Source of the DNA: Auanema rhodensis | Taxonomy: Eukaryota; Animalia; Nematoda | DNA length: 64,000 nt | Direction: 5' to 3' | NCBI GenBank assembly: GCA_964057225.1 | Contig: OZ059894.1 | Span: forward strand, 4,278,001 to 4,342,000 | Part shown: positions 9,601 through 24,570 of the stretch, piece after piece | How the letters are laid out: every line of letters starts with the position of its first letter | How positions within the stretch are numbered: the first letter of the stretch is position 1 | Notes under the pieces: model-generated | Database searches by the model: none | What the model was told of the DNA's origin: nothing | What the model saw: only the letters and a program-made list of their open reading frames with translations | Program-made: the position numbers and the translations under genes

Positions 9601-12600
9601 CTGTGTTATCAGATTTGCGCTAGCTTAAAAATGCACCGAGATATCAACTGATATAAGTTCACACTTATATCCTCGATTTTCACCCTGAAGAATTAATTTT
9701 TTCGTTGAATAACATTGTCCATCGTCTTTGCCTTGAAAAATGGAATCTTAAAACATCTAATTTTTGCTAAATTATTTTGAAATTTTTCGAAAAAATTTTT
9801 GTCAAAATGTTTTTGGAAGCAATGTTGAGTGTACATGGAAACTCAACATACACTAATGCATCATTTTTCAAACGATCATAACTAATTTTTGTATCAAGTG
9901 TTTCTCAATGTAATATAGTGCATTCGATGCGGATTTTTAAGCTGCGTCGATCTGTGTTATCAGATTTGCACTAGCTTAAAAATGCACCGAGATATCAACT
10001 GATATAAGTTCACACTTATATCCTCGATTTTCACCCTGAAGAATTAATTTTTTCGTTGAATAACATTGTCCATCGTCTTTGCCTTGAAAAATGGAATCTA
10101 AAAACATCTACTTTTTGCTAAATTATTTTGAAATTTTTCGAAAAAATTTTTGTCAAAATGTTTTTGGAAGCAATGTTGAGTGTACATGGAAACTCAACAT
10201 ACACTAATGCATCATTTTTCAAACGATCATAACTAATTTTTGTATCAAGTGTTTCTCAATGTAATATAGTGCATTCGATGCGGATTTTTAAGCTGCGTCG
10301 ATCTGTGTTATCAGATTTGCGCTAGCTTAAAAATGCACCGAGATATCAACTGATATAAGTTCACACTTATATCCTCGATTTTCACCCTGAAGAATTAATT
10401 TTTTCGTTGAATAACATTGTCCATCGTCTTTGCCTTGAAAAATGGAATCTTAAAACATCTAATTTTTGCTAAATTATTTTGAAATTTTTCGAAAAAATTT
10501 TTGTCAAAATGTTTTTGGAAGCAATGTTGAGTGTACATGGAAACTCAACATACACTAATGCATCATTTTTCAAACGATCATAACTAATTTTTGTATCAAG
10601 TGTTTCTCAATGTAATATAGTGCATTCGATGCGGATTTTTAAGCTGCGTCGATCTGTGTTATCAGATTTGCGCTAGCTTAAAAATGCATCGAGATATCAA
10701 CTGATATAAGTTCACACTTATATCCTCGATTTTCACCCTGAAGAAATAATTTTTTCGTTGAATAACATTGTCCATCGTCTTTGCCTTGAAAAAAGGAATC
10801 TAAAAACATCTACTTTTTGCTAAATTATTTTGAAATTTTTCGAAAAAATTTTTGTCAAAATGTTTTTGGAAGCAATGTTGAGTGTACATGGAAACTCAAC
10901 ATACACTAATGCATCATTTTTCAAACGATCATAACTTATTTTTGTATTAAGCTTTTCTCAATGTAGTATAGTGCATTCGATGCGGATTTTTAAGCTGCGT
11001 CGATCTGTGTTATCAGATTTGCGCTAGCTTGTAAATGCACCGAGATATCAACTGATATAAGTTCACACTTATATTCTCGATTTTCACCCTGAAGAAATAA
11101 TTTTTTCGTTGAATAACATTGTCCATCGTCTTCGCCTTGAAAAAAGGAATCTAAAAACATCTACTTTTTGCTAAATTATTTTGAAATTTTCCGAAAAAAT
11201 TTTTGTCAAAATGTTTTTGGAAGCAATGTTGAGTGTACATGGAAACTCAACATACACTAATGCATCATTTTTCAAACGATCATAACTAATTTTTGTATCA
11301 AGCGTTTTTCAATGTAGTATAGTGCATTCGATGCGGATTTTTAAGCTGCGTCGATCTGTGTTATCAGATTTGCGCTAGCTTAAAAATGCACCGAGATATC
11401 AACTGATATAAGTTCACACTTATATCCTCGATTTTCACCCTGAAGAATTAATTTTTTCGTTGAATAACATTGTCCATCGTCTTTGCCTTGAAAAATGGAA
11501 TCTTAAAACATCTACTTTTTGCTAAATTATTTTGAAATTTTTCGAAAAAATTTTTGTCAAAATGTTTTTGGAAGCAATGTTGAGTGTACATGGAAACTCA
11601 ACATACACTAATGCATCATTTTTCAAACGATCATAACTAATTTTTGTATTAAGCGTTTTTCAATGTAGTATAGTGCATTCGATGCGGATTTCTAAGCTGC
11701 GTCGATCTGTGTTATCAGATTTGCGCTAGCTTAAAAATGCACCGAGATATCAACTGATATAAGTTCACACTTATATCCTCGATTTTCATCCTGAAGAATT
11801 AATTTTTTCGTTGAATAACATTGTCCATCGTCTTTGCCTTGAAAAATGGAATCTAAAAACATCTACTTTTTGCTAAATTATTTTGAAATTTTTCGAAAAA
11901 ATTTTTGTCAAAATGTTTTTGGAAGCAATGTTGAGTGTACATGGAAACTCAACATACACTAATGCATCATTTTTCAAACGATCATAACTAATTTTTGTAT
12001 CAAGCGTTTTTCAATGTAGTATAGTGCATTCGATGCGGATTTTTAAGCTGCGTCGATCTGTGTTATCAGATTTGCGCTAGCTTAAAAATGCACCGAGATA
12101 TCAACTGATATAAGTTCACACTTATATCCTCGATTTTCACCCTGAAGAATTAATTTTTTCGTTGAATAACATTGTCCATCGTCTTTGCCTTGAAAAATGG
12201 AATCTTAAAACATCTAATTTTTGCTAAATTATTTTGAAATTTTTCGAAAAAATTTTTGTCAAAATGTTTTTGGAAGCAATGTTGAGTGTACATGGAAACT
12301 CAACATACACTAATGCATCATTTTTCAAACGATCATAACTAATTTTTGTATCAAGTGTTTCTCAATGTAATATAGTGCATTCGATGCGGATTTTTAAGCT
12401 GCGTCGATCTGTGTTATCAGATTTGCACTAGCTTAAAAATGCACCGAGATATCAACTGATATAAGTTCACACTTATATCCTCAATTTTCACCCTGAAGAA
12501 TTAATTTTTTCGTTGAATAACATTGTCCATCGTCTTTGCCTTGAAAAATGGAATCTTAAAACATCTAATTTTTGCTAAATTATTTTGAAATTTTTCGAAA

Positions 12601-15600
12601 AAATTTTTGTCAAAATGTTTTTGGAAGCAATGTTGAGTGTACATGGAAACTCAACATACACTAATGCATCATTTTTCAAACGATCATAACTAATTTTTGT
12701 ATCAAGTGTTTCTCAATGTAATATAGTGCATTCGATGCGGATTTTTAAGCTGCGTCGATCTGTGTTATCAGATTTGCGCTAGCTTAAAAATGCACCGAGA
12801 TATCAACTGATATAAGTTCACACTTATATCCTCGATTTTCACCCTGAAGAATTAATTTTTTCGTTGAATAACATTGTCCATCGTCTTTGCCTTGAAAAAT
12901 GGAATCTTAAAACATCTAATTTTTGCTAAATTATTTTGAAATTTTTCGAAAAAATTTTTGTCAAAATGTTTTTGGAAGCAATGTTGAGTGTACATGGAAA
13001 CTCAACATACACTAATGCATCATTTTTCAAACGATCATAACTAATTTTTGTATCAAGTGTTTCTCAATGTAATATAGTGCATTCGATGCGGATTTTTAAG
13101 CTGCGTCGATCTGTGTTATCAGATTTGCACTAGCTTAAAAATGCACCGAGATATCAACTGATATAAGTTCACACTTATATCCTCGATTTTCACCCTGAAG
13201 AATTAATTTTTTCGTTGAATAACATTGTCCATCGTCTTTGCCTTGAAAAATGGAATCTTAAAACATCTAATTTTTGCTAAATTATTTTGAAATTTTTCGA
13301 AAAAATTTTTGTCAAAATGTTTTTGGAAGCAATGTTGAGTGTACATGGAAACTCAACATACACTAATGCATCATTTTTCAAACGATCATAACTAATTTTT
13401 GTATCAAGTGTTTCTCAATGTAATATAGTGCATTCGATGCGGATTTTTAAGCTGCGTCGATCTGTGTTATCAGATTTGCGCTAGCTTAAAAATGCACCGA
13501 GATATCAACTGATATAAGTTCACACTTATATCCTCGATTTTCACCCTGAAGAATTAATTTTTTCGTTGAATAACATTGTCCATCGTCTTTGCCTTGAAAA
13601 ATGGAATCTTAAAACATCTAATTTTTGCTAAATTATTTTGAAATTTTTCGAAAAAATTTTTGTCAAAATGTTTTTGGAAGCAATGTTGAGTGTACATGGA
13701 AACTCAACATACACTAATGCATCATTTTTCAAACGATCATAACTAATTTTTGTATCAAGTGTTTCTCAATGTAATATAGTGCATTCGATGCGGATTTTTA
13801 AGCTGCGTCGATCTGTGTTATCAGATTTGCACTAGCTTAAAAATGCACCGAGATATCAACTGATATAAGTTCACACTTATATCCTCGATTTTCACCCTGA
13901 AGAATTAATTTTTTCGTTGAATAACATTGTCCATCGTCTTTGCCTTGAAAAATGGAATCTAAAAACATCTACTTTTTGCTAAATTATTTTGAAATTTTTC
14001 GAAAAAATTTTTGTCAAAATGTTTTTGGAAGCAATGTTGAGTGTACATGGAAACTCAACATACACTAATGCATCATTTTTCAAACGATCATAACTAATTT
14101 TTGTATCAAGCGTTTTTCAATGTAGTATAGTGCATTCGATGCGGATTTTTAAGCTGCGTCGATCTGTGTTATCAGATTTGCGCTAGCTTAAAAATGCACC
14201 GAGATATCAACTGATATAAGTTCACACTTATATCCTCGATTTTCACCCTGAAGAAATAATTTTTTCGTTGAATAACATTGTCCATCGTCTTTGCCTTGAA
14301 AAAAGGAATCTAAAAACATCTACTTTTTGCTAAATTATTTTGAAATTTTTCGAAAAAATTTTTGTCAAAATGTTTTTGGAAGCAATGTTGAGTGTACATG
14401 GAAACTCAACATACACTAATGCATCATTTTTCTAACGATCATAACTAATTTTTGTATTAAGCTTTTCTCAATGTAGTATAGTGCATTCGATGCGGATTTT
14501 TAAGCTGCGTCGATCTGTGTTATCAGATTTGCGCTAGCTTAAAAATGCACCGAGATATCAACTGATATAAGTTCACACTTATATCCTCGATTTTCACCCT
14601 GAAGAATTAATTTTTTCGTTGAATAACATTGTCCATCGTCTTTGCCTTGAAAAATGGAATCTTAAAACATCTAATTTTTGCTAAATTATTTTGAAATTTT
14701 TCGAAAAAATTTTTGTCAAAATGTTTTTGGAAGCAATGTTGAGTGTACATGGAAACTCAACATACACTAATGCATCATTTTTCAAACGATCATAACTAAT
14801 TTTTGTATCAAGTGTTTCTCAATGTAATATAGTGCATTCGATGCGGATTTTTAAGCTGCGTCGATCTGTGTTATCAGATTTGCGCTAGCTTAAAAATGCA
14901 CCGAGATATCAACTGATATAAGTTCACACTTATATCCTCGATTTTCACCCTGAAGAATTAATTTTTTCGTTGAATAACATTGTCCATCGTCTTTGCCTTG
15001 AAAAATGGAATCTAAAAACATCTACTTTTTGCTAAATTATTTTGAAATTTTTCGAAAAAATTTTTGTCAAAATGTTTTTGGAAGCAATGTTGAGTGTACA
15101 TGGAAACTCAACATACACTAATGCATCATTTTTCAAACGATCATAACTAATTTTTGTATCAAGTTTTTCTCAATGTAGTATAGTGCATTCGATGCGGATT
15201 TTTAAGCTGCGTCGATCTGTGTTATCAGATTTGCGCTAGCTTAAAAATGCACCGAGATATCAACTGATATAAGTTCACACTTATATCCTCGATTTTCACC
15301 CTGAAGAATTAATTTTTTCGTTGAATAACATTGTTCATCGTCTTTGCCTTGAAAAATGGAATCTTAAAACATCTAATTTTTGCTAAATTATTTTGAAATT
15401 TTTCGAAAAAATTTTTGTCAAAATGTTTTTGGAAGCAATGTTGAGTGTACATGGAAACTCAACATACACTAATGCATCATTTTTCAAACGATCATAACTA
15501 ATTTTTGTATCAAGTGTTTCTCAATGTAATATAGTGCATTCGATGTGGATTTTTAAGCTGCGTCGATCTGTGTTATCAGATTTGCGCTAGCTTAAAAATG

Positions 15601-16146
15601 CACCGAGATATCAACTGATATAAGTTCACACTTATATCCTCGATTTTCACCCTGAAGAATTAATTTTTTCGTTGAATAACATTGTCCATCGTCTTTGCCT
15701 TGAAAAATGGAATCTAAAAACATCTACTTTTTGCTAAATTATTTTGAAATTTTTCGAAAAAATTTTTGTCAAAATGTTTTTGGAAGCAATGTTGAGTGTA
15801 CATGGAAACTCAACATACACTAATGCATCATTTTTCAAACGATCATAACTAATTTTTGTATCAAGCGTTTTTCAATGTAGTATAGTGCATTCGATGCGGA
15901 GTTTTAAGCTGCGTCGATCTGTGTTATCAGATTTGCGCTAGCTTAAAAATGCACCGAGATATCAACTGATATAAGTTCACACTTATATCCTCGATTTTCA
16001 CCCTGAAGAATTAATTTTTTCGTTGAATAACATTGTCCATCGTCTTTGCCTTGAAAAATGGAATCTAAAAACATCTACTTTTTGCTAAATTATTTTGAAA
16101 TTTTTCGAAAAAATTTTTGTCAAAATGTTTTTGGAAGCAATGTTGA

Positions 16147-19100
16147 GTGTACATGGAAACTCAACATACACTAATGCATCATTTTTCAAACGATCATAAC
16201 TAATTTTTGTATCAAGCGTTTTTCAATGTAGTATAGTGCATTCGATGCGGAGTTTTAAGCTGCGTCGATCTGTGTTATCAGATTTGCGCTAGCTTAAAAA
16301 TGCACCGAGATATCAACTGATATAAGTTCACACTTATATCCTCGATTTTCACCCTGAAGAAATAATTTTTTCGTTGAATATTATTGTCCATCGTCTTTGC
16401 CTTGAAAAATGGAATCTTGAAACATCTACTTTTTGCTAAATTATTTAGAAATTTTTCGAAAAAATTTTTGTCAAAATGTTTTTGGAAGCAATGTTGAGTG
16501 TACATGGAAACTCAACATACACTAATGCATCATTTTTCAAACGATCATAACTAATTTTTGTATCAAGTGTTTCTCAATGTAATATAGTGCATTCGATGCG
16601 GATTTTTAAGCTGCGTCGATCTGTGTTATCAGATTTGCGCTAGCTTGAAAATGCACCGAGATATCAACTGATATAAGTTCACACTTATATCCTCGATTTT
16701 CACCCTGAAGAATTAATTTTTTCGTTGAATAACATTGTCCATCGTCTTTGCCTTGAAAAATGGAATCTTAAAACATCTAATTTTTGCTAAATTATTTTGA
16801 AATTTTTCGAAAAAATTTTTGTCAAAATGTTTTTGGAAGCAATGTTGAGTGTACATGGAAACTCAACATACACTAATGCATCATTTTTCAAACGATCATA
16901 ACTAATTTTTGTATCAAGCGTTTTTCAATGTAGTATATTGCATTCGATGCGGAGTTTTAAGCTGCGTCGATCTGTGTTATCAGATTTGCGCTAGCTTAAA
17001 AATGCACCGAGATATCAACTGATATAAGTTCACACTTATATCCTCGATTTTCACCCTGAAGAATTAATTTTTTCGTTGAATAACATTGTCCATCGTCTTT
17101 GCCTTGAAAAATGGAATCTTAAAACATCTAATTTTTGCTAAATTATTTTGAAATTTTTCGAAAAAATTTTTGTCAAAATGTTTTTGGAAGCAATGTTGAG
17201 TGTACATGGAAACTCAACATACACTAATGCATCATTTTTCAAACGATCATAACTAATTTTTGTATCAAGTGTTTCTCAATGTAATATAGTGCATTCGATG
17301 CGGATTTTTAAGCTGCGTCGATCTGTGTTATCAGATTTGCGCTAGCTTAAAAATGCACCGAGATATCAACTGATATAAGTTCACACTTATATCCTCGATT
17401 TTCACCCTGAAGAATTAATTTTTTCGTTGAATAACATTGTCCATCGTCTTTGCCTTGAAAAATGGAATCTAAAAACATCTACTTTTTGCTAAATTATTTT
17501 GAAATTTTTCGAAAAAATTTTTGTCAAAATGTTTTTGGAAGCAATGTTGAGTGTACATGGAAACTCAACATACACTAATGCATCATTTTTCAAACGGTCA
17601 TAACTAATTTTTGTATCAAGCGTTTCTTAATGTAGTATAGTGCATTCGATCCGGATTTTTAAGCTGCGTCAATCTGTGTTATCAGATTTGCGCTAGCTTA
17701 AAAATGCACCGAGATATCAACTGATATAAGTTCACACTTATATCCTCGATTTTCACCCTGAAGAATTAATTTTTTCGTTGAATAACATTGTCCATCGTCT
17801 TTGCCTTGAAAAATGGAATCTAAAAACATCTACTTTTTGCTAAATTATTTTGAAATTTTTCGAAAAAATTTTGGTCAAAATGTTTTTGGAAGCAATGTTG
17901 AGTGTACATGGAAACTCAACATACACTAATGCATCATTTTTCAAACGATCATAACTAATTTTTGTATCAAGCGTTTTTCAATGTAGTATAGTGCATTCGA
18001 TGCGGATTTTTAAGCTGCGTCGATCTGTGTTATCAGATTTGCGCTAGCTTAAAAATGCACCGAGATATCAACTGATATAAGTTCACACTTATATCCTCGA
18101 TTTTCACCCTGAAGAATTAATTTTTTCGTTGAATAACATTGTCCATCGTCTTTGCCTTGAAAAATGGAATCTAAAAACATCTACTTTTTGCTAAATTATT
18201 TTGAAATTTTTCGAAACAATTTTTGTCAAAATGTTTTTGGAAGCAATGTTGAGTGTACATGGAAACTCAACATACACTAATGCATCATTTTTCAAACGAT
18301 CATAACTAATTTTTGTATCAAGTTTTTCTCAATGTAGTATAGTGCATTCGATGCGGATTTTTAAGCTGCGTCGATCTGTGTTATCAGATTTGCGCTAGCT
18401 TAAAAATGCACCGAGATATCAACTGATATAAGTTCACACTTATATCCTCGATTTTCACCCTGAAGAATTAATTTTTTCGTTGAATAACATTGTTCATCGT
18501 CTTTGCCTTGAAAAATGGAATCTAAAAACATCTACTTTTTGCTAAATTATTTTGAAATTTTTCGAAAAAATTTTTGTCAAAATGTTTTTGGAAGCAATGT
18601 TGAGTGTACATGGAAACTCAACATACACTAATGCATCATTTTTCAAACGATCATAACTAATTTTTGTATCAAGCGTTTTTCAATGTAGTATAGTGCATTC
18701 GATGCGGAGTTTTAAGCTGCGTCGATCTGTGTTATCAGATTTGCGCTAGCTTAAAAATGCACCGAGATATCAACTGATATAAGTTCACACTTATATCCTC
18801 GATTTTCACCCTGAAGAAATAATTTTTTCGTTGAATATTATTGTCCATCGTCTTTGCCTTGAAAAATGGAATCTTGAAACATCTACTTTTTGCTAAATTA
18901 TTTAGAAATTTTTCGAAAAAATTTTTGTCAAAATGTTTTTGGAAGCAATGTTGAGTGTACATGGAAACTCAACATACACTAATGCATCATTTTTCAAACG
19001 ATCATAACTAATTTTTGTATCAAGTGTTTCTCAATGTAATATAGTGCATTCGATGCGGATTTTTAAGCTGCGTCGATCTGTGTTATCAGATTTGCGCTAG

Positions 19101-21060
19101 CTTAAAAATGCACCGAGATATCAACTGATATAAGTTCACACTTATATCCTCGATTTTCACCCTGAAGAATTAATTTTTTCGTTGAATAACATTGTCCATC
19201 GTCTTTGCCTTGAAAAATGGAATCTTAAAACATCTAATTTTTGCTAAATTATTTTGAAATTTTTCGAAAAAATTTTTGTCAAAATGTTTTTGGAAGCAAT
19301 GTTGAGTGTACATGGAAACTCAACATACACTAATGCATCATTTTTCAAACGATCATAACTAATTTTTGTATCAAGCGTTTTTCAATGTAGTATATTGCAT
19401 TCGATGCGGAGTTTTAAGCTGCGTCGATCTGTGTTATCAGATTTGCGCTAGCTTAAAAATGCACCGAGATATCAACTGATATAAGTTCACACTTATATCC
19501 TCGATTTTCACCCTGAAGAATTAATTTTTTCGTTGAATAACATTGTCCATCGTCTTTGCCTTGAAAAATGGAATCTTAAAACATCTAATTTTTGCTAAAT
19601 TATTTTGAAATTTTTCGAAAAAATTTTTGTCAAAATGTTTTTGGAAGCAATGTTGAGTGTACATGGAAACTCAACATACACTAATGCATCATTTTTCAAA
19701 CGATCATAACTAATTTTTGTATCAAGTGTTTCTCAATGTAATATAGTGCATTCGATGCGGATTTTCAAGCTGCGTCGATCTGTGTTATCAGATTTGCGCT
19801 AGCTTAAAAATGCACCGAGATATCAACTGATATAAGTTCACACTTATATCCTCGATTTTCACCCTGAAGAATTAATTTTTTCGTTGAATAACATTGTCCA
19901 TCGTCTTTGCCTTGAAAAATGGAATCTAAAAACATCTACTTTTTGCTAAATTATTTTGAAATTTTTCGAAAAAATTTTTGTCAAAATGTTTTTGGAAGCA
20001 ATGTTGAGTGTACATGGAAACTCAACATACACTAATGCATCATTTTTCAAACGGTCATAACTAATTTTTGTATCAAGCGTTTCTTAATGTAGTATAGTGC
20101 ATTCGATCCGGATTTTTAAGCTGCGTCAATCTGTGTTATCAGATTTGCGCTAGCTTAAAAATGCACCGAGATATCAACTGATATAAGTTCACACTTATAT
20201 CCTCGATTTTCACCCTGAAGAATTAATTTTTTCGTTGAATAACATTGTCCATCGTCTTTGCCTTGAAAAATGGAATCTAAAAACATCTACTTTTTGCTAA
20301 ATTATTTTGAAATTTTTCGAAAAAATTTTGGTCAAAATGTTTTTGGAAGCAATGTTGAGTGTACATGGAAACTCAACATACACTAATGCATCATTTTTCA
20401 AACGATCATAACTAATTTTTGTATCAAGCGTTTTTCAATGTAGTATAGTGCATTCGATGCGGATTTTTAAGCTGCGTCGATCTGTGTTATCAGATTTGCG
20501 CTAGCTTAAAAATGCACCGAGATATCAACTGATATAAGTTCACACTTATATCCTCGATTTTCACCCTGAAGAATTAATTTTTTCGTTGAATAACATTGTC
20601 CATCGTCTTTGCCTTGAAAAATGGAATCTAAAAACATCTACTTTTTGCTAAATTATTTTGAAATTTTTCGAAACAATTTTTGTCAAAATGTTTTTGGAAG
20701 CAATGTTGAGTGTACATGGAAACTCAACATACACTAATGCATCATTTTTCAAACGATCATAACTAATTTTTGTATCAAGTTTTTCTCAATGTAGTATAGT
20801 GCATTCGATGCGGATTTTTAAGCTGCGTCGATCTGTGTTATCAGATTTGCGCTAGCTTAAAAATGCACCGAGATATCAACTGATATAAGTTCACACTTAT
20901 ATCCTCGATTTTCACCCTGAAGAATTAATTTTTTCGTTGAATAACATTGTTCATCGTCTTTGCCTTGAAAAATGGAATCTTAAAACATCTAATTTTTGCT
21001 AAATTATTTTGAAATTTTTCGAAAAAATTTTTGTCAAAATGTTTTTGGAAGCAATGTTGA
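16147..21060. repeat. Local 7-mer higher-order repeat (2457 bp x2)
   Basis: The private TATATTG variant occurs at 16938 and 19395. The TTTAGAA-type monomer starts at 16147 and 18604 (ORF-track hits 16278 and 18735 are 2457 apart). The type order is the same in both copies. Confidence 0.88.
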
Positions 21061-24000
21061 GTGTACATGGAAACTCAACATACACTAATGCATCATTTTT
21101 CAAACGATCATAACTAATTTTTGTATCAAGTGTTTCTCAATGTAATATAGTGCATTCGATGCGGATTTTTAAGCTGCGTCGATCTGTGTTATCAGATTTG
21201 CGCTAGCTTAAAAATGCACCGAGATATCAACTGATATAAGTTCACACTTATATCCTCGATTTTCACCCTGAAGAATTAATTTTTTCGTTGAATAACATTG
21301 TCCATCGTCTTTGCCTTGAAAAATGGAATCTAAAAACATCTACTTTTTGCTAAATTATTTTGAAATTTTTCGAAAAAATTTTTGTCAAAATGTTTTTGGA
21401 AGCAATGTTGAGTGTACATGGAAACTCAACATACACTAATGCATCATTTTTCAAACGATCATAACTAATTTTTGTATCAAGCGTTTTTCAATGTAGTATA
21501 GTGCATTCGATGCGGAGTTTTAAGCTGCGTCGATCTGTGTTATCAGATTTGCGCTAGCTTAAAAATGCACCGAGATATCAACTGATATAAGTTCACACTT
21601 ATATCCTCGATTTTCACCCTGAAGAAATAATTTTTTCGTTGAATATTATTGTCCATCGTCTTTGCCTTGAAAAATGGAATCTTGAAACATCTACTTTTTG
21701 CTAAATTATTTAGAAATTTTTCGAAAAAATTTTTGTCAAAATGTTTTTGGAAGCAATGTTGAGTGTACATGGAAACTCAACATACACTAATGCATCATTT
21801 TTCAAACGATCATAACTAATTTTTGTATCAAGTGTTTCTCAATGTAATATAGTGCATTCGATGCGGATTTTTAAGCTGCGTCGATCTGTGTTATCAGATT
21901 TGCGCTAGCTTAAAAATGCACCGAGATATCAACTGATATAAGTTCACACTTATATCCTCGATTTTCACCCTGAAGAATTAATTTTTTCGTTGAATAACAT
22001 TGTCCATCGTCTTTGCCTTGAAAAATGGAATCTAAAAACATCTACTTTTTGCTAAATTATTCTGAAATTTTTCGAAAAAATTTTTGTCAAAATGTTTTTG
22101 GAAGCAATGTTGAGTGTACATGGAAACTCAACATACACTAATGCATCATTTTTCAAACGGTCATAACTAATTTTTGTATCAAGCGTTTCTTAATGTAGTA
22201 TAGTGCATTCGATCCGGATTTTTAAGCTGCGTCAATCTGTGTTATCAGATTTGCGCTAGCTTAAAAATGCACCGAGATATCAACTGATATAAGTTCACAC
22301 TTATATCCTCGATTTTCACCCTGAAGAATTAATTTTTTCGTTGAATAACATTGTCCATCGTCTTTGCCTTGAAAAATGGAATCTAAAAACATCTACTTTT
22401 CGCTAAATTATTTTGAAATTTTTCGAAAAAATTTTGGTCAAAATGTTTTTGGAAGCAATGTTGAGTGTACATGGAAACTCAACATACACTAATGCATCAT
22501 TTTTCAAACGATCATAACTAATTTTTGTATCAAGCGTTTTTCAATGTAGTATAGTGCATTCGATGCGGATTTTTAAGCTGCGTCGATCTGTGTTATCAGA
22601 TTTGCGCTAGCTTAAAAATGCACCGAGATATCAACTGATATAAGTTCACACTTATATCCTCGATTTTCACCCTGAAGAATTAATTTTTTCGTTGAATAAC
22701 ATTGTCCATCGTCTTTGCCTTGAAAAATGGAATCTAAAAACATCTACTTTTTGCTAAATTATTTTGAAATTTTTCGAAACAATTTTTGTCAAAATGTTTT
22801 TGGAAGCAATGTTGAGTGTACATGGAAACTCAACATACACTAATGCATCATTTTTCAAACGGTCATAACTAATTTTTGTATCAAGCGTTTCTTAATGTAG
22901 TATAGTGCATTCGATCCGGATTTTTAAGCTGCGTCAATCTGTGTTATCAGATTTGCGCTAGCTTAAAAATGCACCGAGATATCAACTGATATAAGTTCAC
23001 ACTTATATCCTCGATTTTCACCCTGAAGAAATAATTTTTTCGTTGAATAACATTGTCCATCGTCTTTGCCTTGAAAAAAGGAATCTAAAAACATTTAATT
23101 TTTGCTGAATTATTTTGAAATTTTTCGAAAAAATTTTTGTCAAAATGTTTTTGGAAGCAATGTTGAGTGTACATGGAAACTCAACATACACTAATGCATC
23201 ATTTTTCTAACGATCATAACTAATTTTTGTATTAAGCTTTTCTCAATGTAGTATAGTGCATTCGATGCGGATTTTTAAGCTGCGTCGATCTGTGTTATCA
23301 GATTTGCTCTAGCTTAAAAATGCACCGAGATATCAACTGATATAAGTTCACACTTATATCCTCGATTTTCACCCTGAAGAATTAATTTTTTCGTTGAATA
23401 ACATTGTCCATCGTCTTTGCCTTGAAAAATGGAATCTTAAAACATCTACTTTTTGCTAAATTATTTTGAAATTTTTCGAAAAAATTTTTGTCAAAATGTT
23501 TTTGGAAGCAATGTTGAGTGTACATGGAAACTCAACATACACTAATGCATCATTTTTCAAACGATCATAACTAATTTTTGTATTAAGCGTTTTTCAATGT
23601 AGTATAGTGCATTCGATGCGGATTTCTAAGCTGCGTCGATCTGTGTTATCAGATTTGCGCTAGCTTAAAAATGCACCGAGATATCAACTGATATAAGTTC
23701 ACACTTATATCCTCGATTTTCATCCTGAAGAATTAATTTTTTCGTTGAATAACATTGTCCATCGTCTTTGCCTTGAAAAATGGAATCTTAAAACATCTAC
23801 TTTTTGCTAAATTATTTTGAAATTTTTCGAAAAAATTTTTGTCAAAATGTTTTTGGAAGCAATGTTGAGTGTACATGGAAACTCAACATACACTAATGCA
23901 TCATTTTTCAAACGGTCATAACTAATTTTTGTATCAAGCGTTTCTTAATGTAGTATAGTGCATTCGATCCGGATTTTTAAGCTGCGTCAATCTGTGTTAT

Positions 24001-24570
24001 CAGATTTGCGCTAGCTTAAAAATGCACCGAGATATCAACTGATATAAGTTCACACTTATATCCTCGATTTTCACCCTGAAGAATTAATTTTTTCGTTGAA
24101 TAACATTGTCCATCGTCTTTGCCTTGAAAAATGGAATCTAAAAACATCTACTTTTTGCTAAATTATTTTGAAATTTTTCGAAAAAATTTTGGTCAAAATG
24201 TTTTTGGAAGCAATGTTGAGTGTACATGGAAACTCAACATACACTAATGCATCATTTTTCAAACGGTCATAACTAATTTTTGTATCAAGCGTTTCTTAAT
24301 GTAGTATAGTGCATTCGATCCGGATTTTTAAGCTGCGTCAATCTGTGTTATCAGATTTGCGCTAGCTTAAAAATGCACCGAGATATCAACTGATATAAGT
24401 TCACACTTATATCCTCGATTTTCACCCTGAAGAAATAATTTTTTCGTTGAATAACATTGTCCATCGTCTTTGCCTTGAAAAATGGAATCTTAAAACATCT
24501 ACTTTTTGCTAAATTATTTTGAAATTTTTCGAAAAAATTTTTGTCAAAATGTTTTTGGAAGCAATGTTGA

